A stretch of DNA of 43,506 nucleotides from a virus (taxonomy: Duplodnaviria; Caudoviricetes), in IMG/VR virus record IMGVR_UViG_3300029818_000079, positions 1-43,506 of that record. One strand, given 5' to 3'. The notes beneath the pieces were generated by a model. It had not been told where the DNA came from. It made no database searches and was given only the letters and a program-made list of their open reading frames with translations. The first letter of the stretch is position 1. Every line of letters begins with the position of its first letter. Shown piece by piece: positions 1-8,885 of this stretch. A program made the translations under genes and the position numbers.

Positions 1-1251
1 TCAAGGCCGTTCAGCGCCGCTTTGCGCCGTCCTGAACCCCATCATTTCAGATACGATGCCAGCCATGCTTTTGGTGTCTGTCGGTATCCATCGGCCGTAG
101 TGCTTCTTCACCATAGTTGTGTCGGTGTGCCCAAGCTGCCGGGCTACCCACTCGACCGGGACATAGCTCGATAGGGCTTGGCTGGCGAATGTGTGCCGAC
201 ACTGGTTGGCCCCCCTATGTCGGACGCCGGATTTCTTCAGGTGCGCCGTGAACCACTTGCTCACGGTCTTGCCATTCCAGACGATCCCGCTCGCCGAGTT
301 TCGGAATAGCGGCGTGATCACCTCCTTCCTTCTGGTCACGTTGTCGCGCTGGACCACTTCGATTTTGATCGACTCCGCACCTTTCGCGTCTTCAAGGATC
401 TGGCGCAGCAATTCAATCGCCGGATCAATCAGCTCGACCGTCCGCGTGCGGCTGCGCTCCTTCGGCACCTTGTACTCGCCAACGACCAGGGCGCGCCGCA
501 CATTGACGATTCCCGCATCAAGGTCCAGGTCTTCAATCGCCAGCGCCACGATCTCTGACAGGCTCAGCCCGGCCCAGCAGTTGAATAGGACCATCCGCAC
601 GTCGGTCATCCGCTCCGGGTCGGCCTTGGCGATCTGCTCGATTTCCTCGCGGCTGAACGGGTCGGCGTGCTCAATCTCGCTGTCCGTATCGACGTTGGTG
701 ATCCGGTCCAGCGGGTTCGCCTTCAAGATCCCGTCGCCGAACGCATCGGCCCAAACGCCACGAACCACGGTGAACACATCATTGACGGTCTTCGGTGCCA
801 GGCCGGATTTCAGAAGCTGCGCCTGGAACAACTCGAGATCGCTCTTGCTGATGTCCACGATCCGGCGCTTGCCGAATTTCTCATCGACTCGCCTGGCCTT
901 GCTGGCGTAGTTGATCACCGTGCTCTCGGCCTTGCGTGCCCGCATCACCTCAAGCCAGCGGTCGATCCCTTCCTTGACCGTCCGCCTAGTGTTGGGTCCG
1001 CCCGATCCAGAGAAGATCACTGCTCGCGGCGATTCCGGGAAATGCGCCGCGTAGTCGAATCGTCCCTCCTTGATCTCGGCCAGTATCGTGCGGCGCTTGT
1101 TGTCGGCGTAGGCGATCGACGCCTTGTTGATCTTCGATACGCCTGGCAGCGGCTCCCGGCACCGCTGGCCGTGGAGCATGAACGAGATGCGCAGTTGCTT
1201 CCCGTTGATCTCCACGCCGGGCGGTAGCTTTATAACTGGCCCCCCATCCAT
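1..1251 (-). CDS. int: Tyrosine integrase with N-terminal arm-binding domain
   Basis: N-terminal RISFMLHGQRCRE arm-binding module; C-terminal CRHTFAS..LGH..Y motifs. Confidence 0.93.
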   Translation of the reverse strand: MDGGPVIKLPPGVEINGKQLRISFMLHGQRCREPLPGVSKINKASIAYADNKRRTILAEIKEGRFDYAAHFPESPRAVIFSGSGGPNTRRTVKEGIDRWLEVMRARKAESTVINYASKARRVDEKFGKRRIVDISKSDLELFQAQLLKSGLAPKTVNDVFTVVRGVWADAFGDGILKANPLDRITNVDTDSEIEHADPFSREEIEQIAKADPERMTDVRMVLFNCWAGLSLSEIVALAIEDLDLDAGIVNVRRALVVGEYKVPKERSRTRTVELIDPAIELLRQILEDAKGAESIKIEVVQRDNVTRRKEVITPLFRNSASGIVWNGKTVSKWFTAHLKKSGVRHRGANQCRHTFASQALSSYVPVEWVARQLGHTDTTMVKKHYGRWIPTDTKSMAGIVSEMMGFRTAQSGAERP

Positions 1252-1448
1252 GCCTCAATCTCCCTTCTGTTGTAGACGACTCGGTTGGCCGGGTCTTTTC
1301 GCCAGTGCTTCCCTTCCAGCCATTGGCCGCCAGAACGATACTTGCGCGCTGCCTCGGTTGATATCCCGAAGTGCGGGAACAGTAATTCTTGACGGAACCA
1401 AAGGCCCGGAGTGATGTGGTAGTACTCAAGTTTCTCTGCTGCACCCAT
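1230..1448 (-). CDS. xis: Excisionase
   Basis: 72 aa, WLEGKHWRKDPANRVVYN winged-helix pattern, overlaps int start. Confidence 0.75.
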   Translation of the reverse strand: MGAAEKLEYYHITPGLWFRQELLFPHFGISTEAARKYRSGGQWLEGKHWRKDPANRVVYNRREIEAWMGGQL

Positions 1449-1451
1449 TCC

Positions 1452-1655
1452 TCACCTCTCCAATTCCCGGCAGCCGCAGTAACTGCAGCGCTTGCCGAGT
1501 ACGTTCTTCACGCATGTGTTCGTGCGCTCGCCTTCTTCCTCTATCCAGACTTCCATGCGGATTCGCTGCATGTCGGACTTGGCGAGGATTTCAAACTGGC
1601 GTTTCTGCTCCTGCTCCGGCAGGCGCTTGAATGATTGCCATAGGCTCATGCTCAC
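1452..1655 (-). CDS. Hypothetical protein, C-terminal CxxC
   Basis: GTGA-coupled to upstream ORF; alternative ATG at 1649. Confidence 0.65.
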   Translation of the reverse strand: MSMSLWQSFKRLPEQEQKRQFEILAKSDMQRIRMEVWIEEEGERTNTCVKNVLGKRCSYCGCRELER

Positions 1656-2254
1656 CCCCTCACCGTTACGCCGGCTGCTTCGATGGCGGCGCGGTCAAAT
1701 ATGCCGCTGCTCCTGCCATGGTTGGCGTGATACCCATTGCGCGCCTCGTGAGACTTCTTGACGCAGGCGGCGTCGAACAGGTGGTTAAAAGTTCCGAGGC
1801 CTATAGCCCGTCCTCCTTCTTTTGCAATGACTCGGTACCGGCCTGCGCGAATGTATATTCCCGGGACGCCTGACTTGTTATCGGACCTGCGTGCATAGTT
1901 TTTGCTGTTTTCAGCCCAGCTAACTTCTCGCAGGTTGCACCAGCGGTTATCTGCCCCGTTTCCATTGATGTGATCAATGTGCTTTGGCCATCTCCCTGTC
2001 ATAAGTAAAAAGATGATCCTGTGCTGTTTTTTTGTAGTGCACAGGCCTTTCACGCTGACTATGTAGTAGCACTTGCCACATCCCTTATCTGTGTGGAGGC
2101 AGCCGGCCAGCTTGTTTGCATACTTCTGGTCCCAATTTTTGTTTCCCGTGTGCTTCCAGAACAAAAAACCGCTTACCGGGTCGTAATAAAATCGCTCTGA
2201 ATATCGAAAAAAGTCAGGGTCGAACTCTGCTATCGCCTTGTCTGTGTGCTGCAT
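1652..2254 (-). CDS. HNH homing endonuclease (HNH_3 + AP2-like) with extra terminal segments
   Basis: HRIIF..IDHINGNGADNRWCNLR..N; visibly AT-richer core. Confidence 0.88.
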   Translation of the reverse strand: MQHTDKAIAEFDPDFFRYSERFYYDPVSGFLFWKHTGNKNWDQKYANKLAGCLHTDKGCGKCYYIVSVKGLCTTKKQHRIIFLLMTGRWPKHIDHINGNGADNRWCNLREVSWAENSKNYARRSDNKSGVPGIYIRAGRYRVIAKEGGRAIGLGTFNHLFDAACVKKSHEARNGYHANHGRSSGIFDRAAIEAAGVTVRG

Positions 2255-2278
2255 GTCTATCTCCTGCTGCGTGTGGGG

Positions 2279-2782
2279 TTAGGCGGCGGTGCGCCGAAAT
2301 ACTGGGACTAACTGGCCGAGCCCGGAGCGCTCAAGCGCGGACACATTCGAAAGCCCGAAAGCAACAAGGCAGATCGGCGCGCCGGAGTTGAACGCCGCAC
2401 GGCTGCCGTCTACGCGGTGGAAATGCGGGCGGCCTTGCAGGAACAGGACGGCATCAGCTGCGCCCCATACCGACTCGAAGAACATGGCCGTCTCAGTGCG
2501 CGCCGGTATCAGCGCAATGCCATTGCCGTGAGCGGCCAGCTTGCGCATCCACTTGGTTGCCTCGCGGCCAAATGGCGGATTCATCCACACGCGGCCCTGC
2601 CATTCTTGCGAAAGGCCGTCTTCCTCCTTGCAGTAGTGCTTGGCAGCGGTCGGCCATGGGCGGCGCGATTCGTGCGGCGAGCATGGGTCCAGGTCGAACG
2701 GCCCAAGCGCAGCCAGGATCTCCGGCGGAGTCAGCCATTCATCGGTGCCCATGACGGGTGATTGGTGTCCTGACATGGACAT
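2279..2782 (-). CDS. Phage DNA N6-adenine methyltransferase (phage Dam family)
   Basis: DEWLTP, FDLDPC, DGL..W, VWMNPPF, ALIPART motifs. Confidence 0.88.
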   Translation of the reverse strand: MSMSGHQSPVMGTDEWLTPPEILAALGPFDLDPCSPHESRRPWPTAAKHYCKEEDGLSQEWQGRVWMNPPFGREATKWMRKLAAHGNGIALIPARTETAMFFESVWGAADAVLFLQGRPHFHRVDGSRAAFNSGAPICLVAFGLSNVSALERSGLGQLVPVFRRTAA

Positions 2783-2841
2783 AGGTCTACCTCCCCGCCG
2801 ACTCTCGCCGGCAGGCTGTGTGTTTGGGTGGGGTTAGGGGG

Positions 2842-3333
2842 TTAGTACGGAATGCAGTCTAAGCAGTTTCCGGTCCAGGCTTTCGCTCCGCAACCCGAGC
2901 AGACGTGTTCTGGCTCGGCCTCCTTCGCAGCCATGGCGGCGCGCAGCGAGTTTTCTGCGTCACGGCACAGCTTGAGTCTGCGATTGATACCGACCCCTGA
3001 TTCGTTTTGCTCTGCGTCCAGCCAAGCAATTGCCTTTCCTGCCGCATCCAGCAGCCTATCCCGCTCGGCGGTCACGGCAGACAGGGCGGCGCTTGCATAG
3101 CGCTTCGCAACGTCGCTGGCATAGTCAGCGTACAGTCCGTCGCTCAGTCCGCCCATTTCGTACTCGCGCTCCACGTCTTCGAGAATGGGTTTTAGGTCAA
3201 TCCCCCCTTCCGCCTCTGCTGGCTGGGCCGCCGCTATCCGTAGCTGCGCCAACTCATTATCGACTTCTAAGCCACAATCCCAGCAGCGGAACAGCTGTAG
3301 CAGCAGCTCCCGATCAACCAATACCTTGCTCAT
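2842..3333 (-). CDS. Hypothetical mosaic early protein
   Basis: ATGA-coupled; C-terminal CxxC..CxxC. Confidence 0.7.
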   Translation of the reverse strand: MSKVLVDRELLLQLFRCWDCGLEVDNELAQLRIAAAQPAEAEGGIDLKPILEDVEREYEMGGLSDGLYADYASDVAKRYASAALSAVTAERDRLLDAAGKAIAWLDAEQNESGVGINRRLKLCRDAENSLRAAMAAKEAEPEHVCSGCGAKAWTGNCLDCIPY

Positions 3334-4211
3334 GCATCACCTCGTTTGGCGGGGCTGGGTGTGGCGGACAGGGCGGTCACGGTCGCCTCATACGCAATGA
3401 CCATCCAAGCGTTCGGGCAAGCCTGACGATCCAGCGCCTCGCGCACCTGCTGGGCTATCGCGTGCGGATCAAGCCCACTCTGCTCCGGCTGCGGGGCGGT
3501 CTGCGCGATGGGAGCGGCGGCGTTCAACTGTCGAATGTCACAGTTCGCCTGACTGAGAAGCCTCGCAAGCTCTTCGGCCACTGACTGCCGCTCTGCGCTT
3601 CTGGCCAAGATGGTAAGCAGTGAAGGCCGAAGGTAGACATCGACGCACGGGGTCTTCTCGGCTGCTGCGATAGCTTCGTCGCGGTCCGTAAAGAAACGGC
3701 CAGCCGCAACCCAGCCGTCTGGCTTAGGTATCTCTTCCTTCGGCTGCTGCTCGGTCTGCGCGCGGCGGGCGGCACGGGCCTTCCATCCCTGCCACCAAAG
3801 CTCCATCGCAGAGCTGACGTAAGAACCGTCTGCGCGCTTTTCTGGATTGCTATAGCCCCCAAGGCGCATGTGTGCCTCGAACGCCTCCCGCTCATCCTGC
3901 GCCGCTGCTTGCTCCATCGCCGCCTGCCCATCCCTGAACCCCTGCGCTGCGGCTGTGGCCATGTCGACGGCGGTGTAGGTGTCGGTGGGCTCGGGCTGCT
4001 GGGATAGGGCGGCATCGAGCTTTTCGATCTGCTCATGCAGGGACTCGGCAGCGGAAAGGCCGGGCGCCGTGTCGAGGTCTTGCGCGTCTCGAACTTGGCA
4101 GCATGTTGTTCTGATGCGCTCCAAAAGCCCGCGCAGCTTCTCGTTCTCCGCCTTCGCAGCCCCCAGCTCAGCGCCCATGGCTGCCAGTTCCTTCAAGTCA
4201 TGCTTGGTCAT
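3330..4211 (-). CDS. Hypothetical mosaic early protein (Ead/Ea22-like modular type)
   Basis: Start MTKHDLKE at 4211 coupled to upstream stop; A/Q/P linkers. Confidence 0.7.
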   Translation of the reverse strand: MTKHDLKELAAMGAELGAAKAENEKLRGLLERIRTTCCQVRDAQDLDTAPGLSAAESLHEQIEKLDAALSQQPEPTDTYTAVDMATAAAQGFRDGQAAMEQAAAQDEREAFEAHMRLGGYSNPEKRADGSYVSSAMELWWQGWKARAARRAQTEQQPKEEIPKPDGWVAAGRFFTDRDEAIAAAEKTPCVDVYLRPSLLTILARSAERQSVAEELARLLSQANCDIRQLNAAAPIAQTAPQPEQSGLDPHAIAQQVREALDRQACPNAWMVIAYEATVTALSATPSPAKRGDA

Positions 4212-4366
4212 ACCTTGCTCCAGATGTCGTGATTGCAGAGTTCCGCCTCGGGAGCCCATCGGAAGCCGCTCAGCGCCTGCATCAGGAACGCGGCACCGTT
4301 CGATCCGGCGATGTAGTGGCGGGTGTTGGTCGGCTTGTGCAGCCAGATTTGGGTCTTGGGTCGCAT
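4208..4366 (-). CDS. Hypothetical protein (52 aa)
   Basis: MRPKTQIWLHK with GGAG RBS; ATGA overlap. Confidence 0.6.
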   Translation of the reverse strand: MRPKTQIWLHKPTNTRHYIAGSNGAAFLMQALSGFRWAPEAELCNHDIWSKV

Positions 4367-4395
4367 GGGGCCTCCGGTGGGCTGCAGCGGAAACG

Positions 4396-4815
4396 CTAGG
4401 CAGCCTTTCGCTTCCAGTGGTCTCGTCCGCCCTTTGGCTTGATCAGGCCGACCGGCTGAGTCAGGGCGCGCTCTACGCTCCAGCCCATCTTGTCGAGCCG
4501 GTGAATGATCGTGGTGTGGTTTATTCCGGTGCGTCGCTCCCATTCCCGCAGGTGGAGCGTCTGCCCATTGAAGGTAAGCATTCGCATGTTTGGTTGGATG
4601 ACCATGGCGGGCTTCGGCAGCCTGTCAGGGCGCTGCACGCCTCGCTCGAATTCAATCCCTACGCGCTCGCAGTGGCGGCGAAGCGTGTGGGGGCTGATGC
4701 CGATGATCTGCGCGGTTGAGTTGACGCTGTGCCCTGCATCCTTGAATCCCTGAATCAGGCTGTTCAGCGGCTGGCCGAACTCGGCGGCGACTCTTGCTCT
4801 CCAGTTCTGGCTCAT
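4396..4815 (-). CDS. Putative DNA-binding protein with HTH-like modules
   Basis: SVNSTAQIIGISPHTLRR and LREWERRTGINHTTIIHRL. Confidence 0.65.
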   Translation of the reverse strand: MSQNWRARVAAEFGQPLNSLIQGFKDAGHSVNSTAQIIGISPHTLRRHCERVGIEFERGVQRPDRLPKPAMVIQPNMRMLTFNGQTLHLREWERRTGINHTTIIHRLDKMGWSVERALTQPVGLIKPKGGRDHWKRKAA

Positions 4816-5018
4816 GCTGCCTTCCTGCGAGCCTGCGCCCGCGCTACAGCCTTTGCGTAAAGGCACGGCCGGCAGTAGCACTGCCAGACGCCAGTCGTCT
4901 TGATGAACTGGAAGTGCTCATCGTCCAGCGGCTTCCACTCATCGCAGCAGCCGCAGAGCTTTTCGCGGGCGCCGTTGATCTCGCGCCGGACCAGCCGGCC
5001 TTTCAGTGTCCTGCTCAT
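4812..5018 (-). CDS. Hypothetical Zn-binding protein
   Basis: CxxC..CxxC; ATGA coupling at both ends. Confidence 0.65.
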   Translation of the reverse strand: MSRTLKGRLVRREINGAREKLCGCCDEWKPLDDEHFQFIKTTGVWQCYCRPCLYAKAVARAQARRKAA

Positions 5019-5245
5019 GCCGCCACCGATCGGGCCTTGCGTGTTGCAGCGGCCTTTGCTCGCGCCGCCTGCTTCTTCTCCGGGCAGGCGATGCGGTATG
5101 GAATGCGCTTGTCGTCGGTGCGGATCGGCAGCGTTTCGACTGGCCCGTTAGCAGCTTAAAACGCTGCCATCTTCTGCGCGATTTCCAGGCGCGCAGCCTC
5201 GTGCGCGGCCGGCGTGTGCACGCGGTCGTACTTGAACTCTTGCAT
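5015..5245 (-). pseudogene. 76-codon early gene interrupted by an in-frame TAA at 5158-5156
   Basis: MQEFKYDR..KMAAF*AANGPVETLP..RSVAA; frame ends in ATGA overlap with next gene. Confidence 0.7.
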
Positions 5246-5288
5246 TGGGATGTACCGGGAGGAGGGCGCGCGGGGCGCCCGGGGTGGA

Positions 5289-5744
5289 TCAGTAGTTGAT
5301 GCCGTAGTCGTCGTAGTCCGGCATGGAGTTGTCCGCCTGACGTTGCGTCTGCTGCGGGCGCTGGGCTTGTTGCTGGCGTGGCTGCGACTGCTGGCTATCA
5401 GGCTTGCCGCCGAGCAGCTGCAGGGTGCCGTTCATGTCCACCACAATCTCTGTGGTGTAGCGCTTCACGCCGTCCTTTTCCCATTCCCGCGTCTGCAGGC
5501 GACCCTCGATGTAGCACTGCGAGCCCTTGCGCAGATACTCGCCAGCGATCTCGGCGACCTTGCCGAAGAAGACGATGCGTGACCACTCGGTACGCTCCTG
5601 CAGCTGGCCGGTCTGTTTGTCCTTCCAACTGTCGGTAGTTGCCAGGGTGATGTTCGTCACCGCGTTGCCATTGGGCATAAACCTTGTCTCAGGATCGCCG
5701 CCGACGTTTCCGAGAAGGGTGACTCTGTTTACTCCGCGCGCCAT
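5289..5744 (-). CDS. ssb: Single-stranded DNA-binding protein
   Basis: [37 protein letters not shown], acidic tail. Confidence 0.95.
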   Translation of the reverse strand: MARGVNRVTLLGNVGGDPETRFMPNGNAVTNITLATTDSWKDKQTGQLQERTEWSRIVFFGKVAEIAGEYLRKGSQCYIEGRLQTREWEKDGVKRYTTEIVVDMNGTLQLLGGKPDSQQSQPRQQQAQRPQQTQRQADNSMPDYDDYGINY

Positions 5745-5767
5745 TGTGAGGCTCCTTGGTTGTTGGG

Positions 5768-6385
5768 TTAGGCGGCAATGCCCATGACCCGATTCATCCG
5801 CTCTTCGAGCAGTTCGTAGAAGGTGGAAACGCGCTCGCTGATCTTGCGAATCAGCGCCTCGTCGCGGTATGCGCGCTTGACGAAGAGGGGCATGCCCGGC
5901 CAGTAGGACACGAAGTCGATCCACTCTCGCTCAGATACCCATAAGCCGCCCTGGCACTGCGCGACGTGCTCCTTCGGAATCTCGCCGGCGAGGATCACGC
6001 CGACCTGGAACTTCGGCAGCTTGGTCTTGATCTCGGTGAGCCCTTCGTGGCCGACCAGGGAGTCCGGTGAATAGCCGATGCCGTGATTCAGGATGATGGC
6101 CACCTGTTCCGCGGCGACCTCTTCGCGTGACTCGTACAGGCCGCGGGCCACGGCTTCCAGCTTATGCCCTCGCTCGGTGTGGCGGTTGCCGCCGAATGGG
6201 TCTGCCGCCTCGCCTGTGATGCGCTCTCCGATCAGCGTATCCATGTAGGTGAAGGCAGCCGCACCGAAGCCCTCTTGCCCTTTGCCGTTAACCAGGAGGC
6301 AGTCCAGTTCGGAGCAGGTAACGATCCCCAGGCGCAGGGCCAGCCAATCGGCCGACCCCTGCTCGACTTCACGGATTATCTGCAT
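5768..6385 (-). CDS. YqaJ/lambda-exonuclease family protein
   Basis: [28 protein letters not shown] motifs. Confidence 0.9.
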   Translation of the reverse strand: MQIIREVEQGSADWLALRLGIVTCSELDCLLVNGKGQEGFGAAAFTYMDTLIGERITGEAADPFGGNRHTERGHKLEAVARGLYESREEVAAEQVAIILNHGIGYSPDSLVGHEGLTEIKTKLPKFQVGVILAGEIPKEHVAQCQGGLWVSEREWIDFVSYWPGMPLFVKRAYRDEALIRKISERVSTFYELLEERMNRVMGIAA

Positions 6386-7118
6386 TGCCAGACTCCTTGG
6401 CCTTGTTGGCCGACTTGGTTAGCGCTGCCAGCACCTTGTCGAACTCAGCCTTGGCCACGCTTTCCGGCGTGCCGTGCATGCCTTCGAATGCTGTCTTGGC
6501 CTTGTCGCTGCACTTCTCCAGCAGCGCGCGCAGCTGTGCCGCCTGCGGCGCGGTCACTGTTGCCGTCGGCGCCGCTGCATAGCCGTCGTCGTCTTCGCCG
6601 CGAGTCGTGATGTTAAGCATGGCGCACATGACATAGCGCTTGCCGTAGCTGACCGACGAGGCAACTGCCTGGACGGCGTTCTTGCTGCCGCTGGTATCGC
6701 TCGGCAGCAGCATCGTCGTCTGCTCACGGTGGCCGGCGCGGTGCATCAGAATCCCGGTGACGTTGATCCCGCCCGGGTGATGCTCAACCTTGAAGGAGAT
6801 CGCGAAGCCGTAACGCTGCATGATCGGCTTCATCACGTCGTTGATGTCCTCGAGCGTGGCGTAGCGGATGGAGCCGTGACCCTTGCCGCGCTCGGCGATG
6901 CTCGGGATCTCGCACTGCATCTCTGCCATCGCCGCGCTGAACTCTGCTTCGGCGTTCCGCGCCTGCATACGCTCGTGCATGGCCATCAGGCGTTCCATCT
7001 TCTCGATGTCGCACTGCGGGTCTGCGGCGGCGCGCTGGATGACCTGAAGGATCGTTGTCGATTCCGTCGCCTGGACGATTGCGGCTGACTCCTGCCGCTG
7101 GGCAATTGCTGTGTTCAT
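6369..7118 (-). CDS. ERF-family ssDNA annealing protein
   Basis: YATLEDI, ASSVSYGKRY, GEDDDG motifs. Confidence 0.9.
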   Translation of the reverse strand: MNTAIAQRQESAAIVQATESTTILQVIQRAAADPQCDIEKMERLMAMHERMQARNAEAEFSAAMAEMQCEIPSIAERGKGHGSIRYATLEDINDVMKPIMQRYGFAISFKVEHHPGGINVTGILMHRAGHREQTTMLLPSDTSGSKNAVQAVASSVSYGKRYVMCAMLNITTRGEDDDGYAAAPTATVTAPQAAQLRALLEKCSDKAKTAFEGMHGTPESVAKAEFDKVLAALTKSANKAKESGNADNP

Positions 7119-7125
7119 GTCTGCC

Positions 7126-8187
7126 TCAATAGGTGATCGACACGCTGGGCACTTCGCCCTTGCGGATCATGTTGATGATGGCCTTGGCCTGTTCTTCGGT
7201 GATGCCTGCGCCCATGAATGACTCCTTGATTGAAGTCAGGACGGCAGTCTTGTGGGCGATGTCTGCCTCGCGGGCCTTTGCTTCGGCTTCGATTCGGGCC
7301 TGCTCATCTGCTTGGCGCTGGCGTTCGGCTGCTGCTGCGCGCTCGGCGCGTTCGGCGGCGTCACGCTCCGCCTGCTCGGCACGCTGCTGGGCTTCCAGCT
7401 TCTCGCGCTCTGCTTGTTCGGCCTGCAGCTTCAGTTCCAGCTCGCGGCGTTCGGCTGCTGCCTTGGCGTCGGCTTCTCGCTTAGCTGCTGCGTCACGTTC
7501 GGCCTGTGCGCGCTGCTCGGCTTCGCGCTGGGCTTGCTCGGCGGCTTCTCGGGCGATGCGCTCCTCGCGCTCCTTCTGCTCGCGCTGGGCGGCTTCGGCG
7601 CGGAGGCGTTCGAGCTCGGCTTGCTCGGCTTCGTACTTCTCGCGAACCGCCAGAGCCAGGCGAAGTGTGATCAGCGATGCCGCCTTGACGCGGTGCGCCT
7701 CGGGTTCAAATTCCTCGTAGCGCGCGTCGATGACATGCGCCTCAAGGTTGTCGATCGACTCCTTGATATCCGAGGCCGACAGGTCGGTTACATCGGTATC
7801 AGCCAGCCGGCTTACTTGTGCCTGGATTCGCTCAACGCGATCCGCTTCAGCCTGCTCCCAAGCATTCAGCGGCGCCCGCACCTCATCCTTCCAGGCGTCC
7901 AGCGTGTCGCGCATCCGCTTGCGCTCGGCGTCGATCTTCTTCGGGATTTCCTTCAGCTCGGCGACCAGATCCTTGCCCACGTTGTCGAGCGCTGTCTTGG
8001 AGCGGGCGACCTTATGGGCAATCGATGCAATGGCGTCGCGGCCTTTCTTCGTGGTCACGTCCGGCACGAAGGCATCGATCTCGGCGCGGATCTGCTGCAG
8101 GTACGGGTCAAGCCCATTCGCAGCCTGGAAGACCTGAAGGGCGGTTTCTTTCGGCGGCACGATGGCCAGTTGGGTTTCTGTAGACAC
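7126..8187 (-). CDS. Coiled-coil phage protein (often mis-annotated TolA-like)
   Basis: DVTTKKGRDAIASIAHKVARSKT N-domain; long A/E/R-rich helix; GTG start with GGAG. Confidence 0.8.
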   Translation of the reverse strand: MSTETQLAIVPPKETALQVFQAANGLDPYLQQIRAEIDAFVPDVTTKKGRDAIASIAHKVARSKTALDNVGKDLVAELKEIPKKIDAERKRMRDTLDAWKDEVRAPLNAWEQAEADRVERIQAQVSRLADTDVTDLSASDIKESIDNLEAHVIDARYEEFEPEAHRVKAASLITLRLALAVREKYEAEQAELERLRAEAAQREQKEREERIAREAAEQAQREAEQRAQAERDAAAKREADAKAAAERRELELKLQAEQAEREKLEAQQRAEQAERDAAERAERAAAAERQRQADEQARIEAEAKAREADIAHKTAVLTSIKESFMGAGITEEQAKAIINMIRKGEVPSVSITY

Positions 8188-8232
8188 AGTGGCTCCCTGG
8201 CCGCGTCTCGCGCAGCCTGTCAGTAGGTTTGG

Positions 8233-8385
8233 TTATCCGAAAAGTTTGTAGATCGCCGCCTCGCCAGCCAGGCCGATCAGCAGCACGCCGGCCAGCACGC
8301 CGAACCCGGTAAGGGTCCACCACGCCGCTGCGAATGAGTGGCCTGTAGGGGTGTCGTCGTAGGGGATGGCTTGGGTGCGGTTCAT
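8233..8385 (-). CDS. Small single-TM protein (50 aa)
   Basis: Manual translation MNRTQAIPY..WWTLTGFGVLAGVLLIGLAG..KLFG; ATGA-coupled. Confidence 0.65.
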   Translation of the reverse strand: MNRTQAIPYDDTPTGHSFAAAWWTLTGFGVLAGVLLIGLAGEAAIYKLFG

Positions 8386-8885
8386 GGGGTCACCTTGCGG
8401 TAGTCGTGCTTTGCATACTCCCCGTGCAGTTGCGTGCGGAGAGCTGTTGCTGCTGCGAACGCTTGTTCGGCCGACTCGTGATACCCGCCGCTGACTCGTC
8501 TTCCATTCTTGGTCGCATACGCAAACCAGCGCCCAGATTGCTTGTGCAGACTTACCCCTTTGAACCCAGATGTACTGTTTCGCTGTAGCGGCCTGTTCTG
8601 GTTATTCTGCGAGTTATCGGCAAGTCGCAAGTTGCAGAGACGGTTGTCAGCCCGATTTCCGTTGATGTGGTCAATTTGGCTGCTTGGGAATGAGCCGAAC
8701 TGATAGAGCCACACCAGCCTATGGGCGGCGTAGTCAACGTAATCTACGCAGATTCTTATATAGCCAAGGGCATTCAGGCAGCCTGCTAATGAACCCTCTT
8801 TGCAGGGTCCGCGAGTAGTTCGGTGTGTGAAGCTTCCGGTTAATGGGTCGTAGATCAGAAGCTCACGAAGTCGTTTAGCGTTCAT
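8382..8885 (-). CDS. HNH homing endonuclease (HNH_3 + AP2-like)
   Basis: AHRLVWLY..IDHINGNRADNRLCNLR..SGFKGV; GGAGG RBS before ATG 8885. Confidence 0.9.
   Translation of the reverse strand: MNAKRLRELLIYDPLTGSFTHRTTRGPCKEGSLAGCLNALGYIRICVDYVDYAAHRLVWLYQFGSFPSSQIDHINGNRADNRLCNLRLADNSQNNQNRPLQRNSTSGFKGVSLHKQSGRWFAYATKNGRRVSGGYHESAEQAFAAATALRTQLHGEYAKHDYRKVTP

Noticed and set aside
2279-2782. Restriction-modification pair (MTase plus adjacent HNH)
   Set aside because: Orphan phage Dam-type MTases are common, and the HNH is of the homing HNH-AP2 type
7133-8226. Long plus-strand ORFs (195 and 324 aa), and similar antisense ORFs at 20017-20958 and 28348-29619
   Set aside because: Shadow frames of real genes in GC-rich DNA
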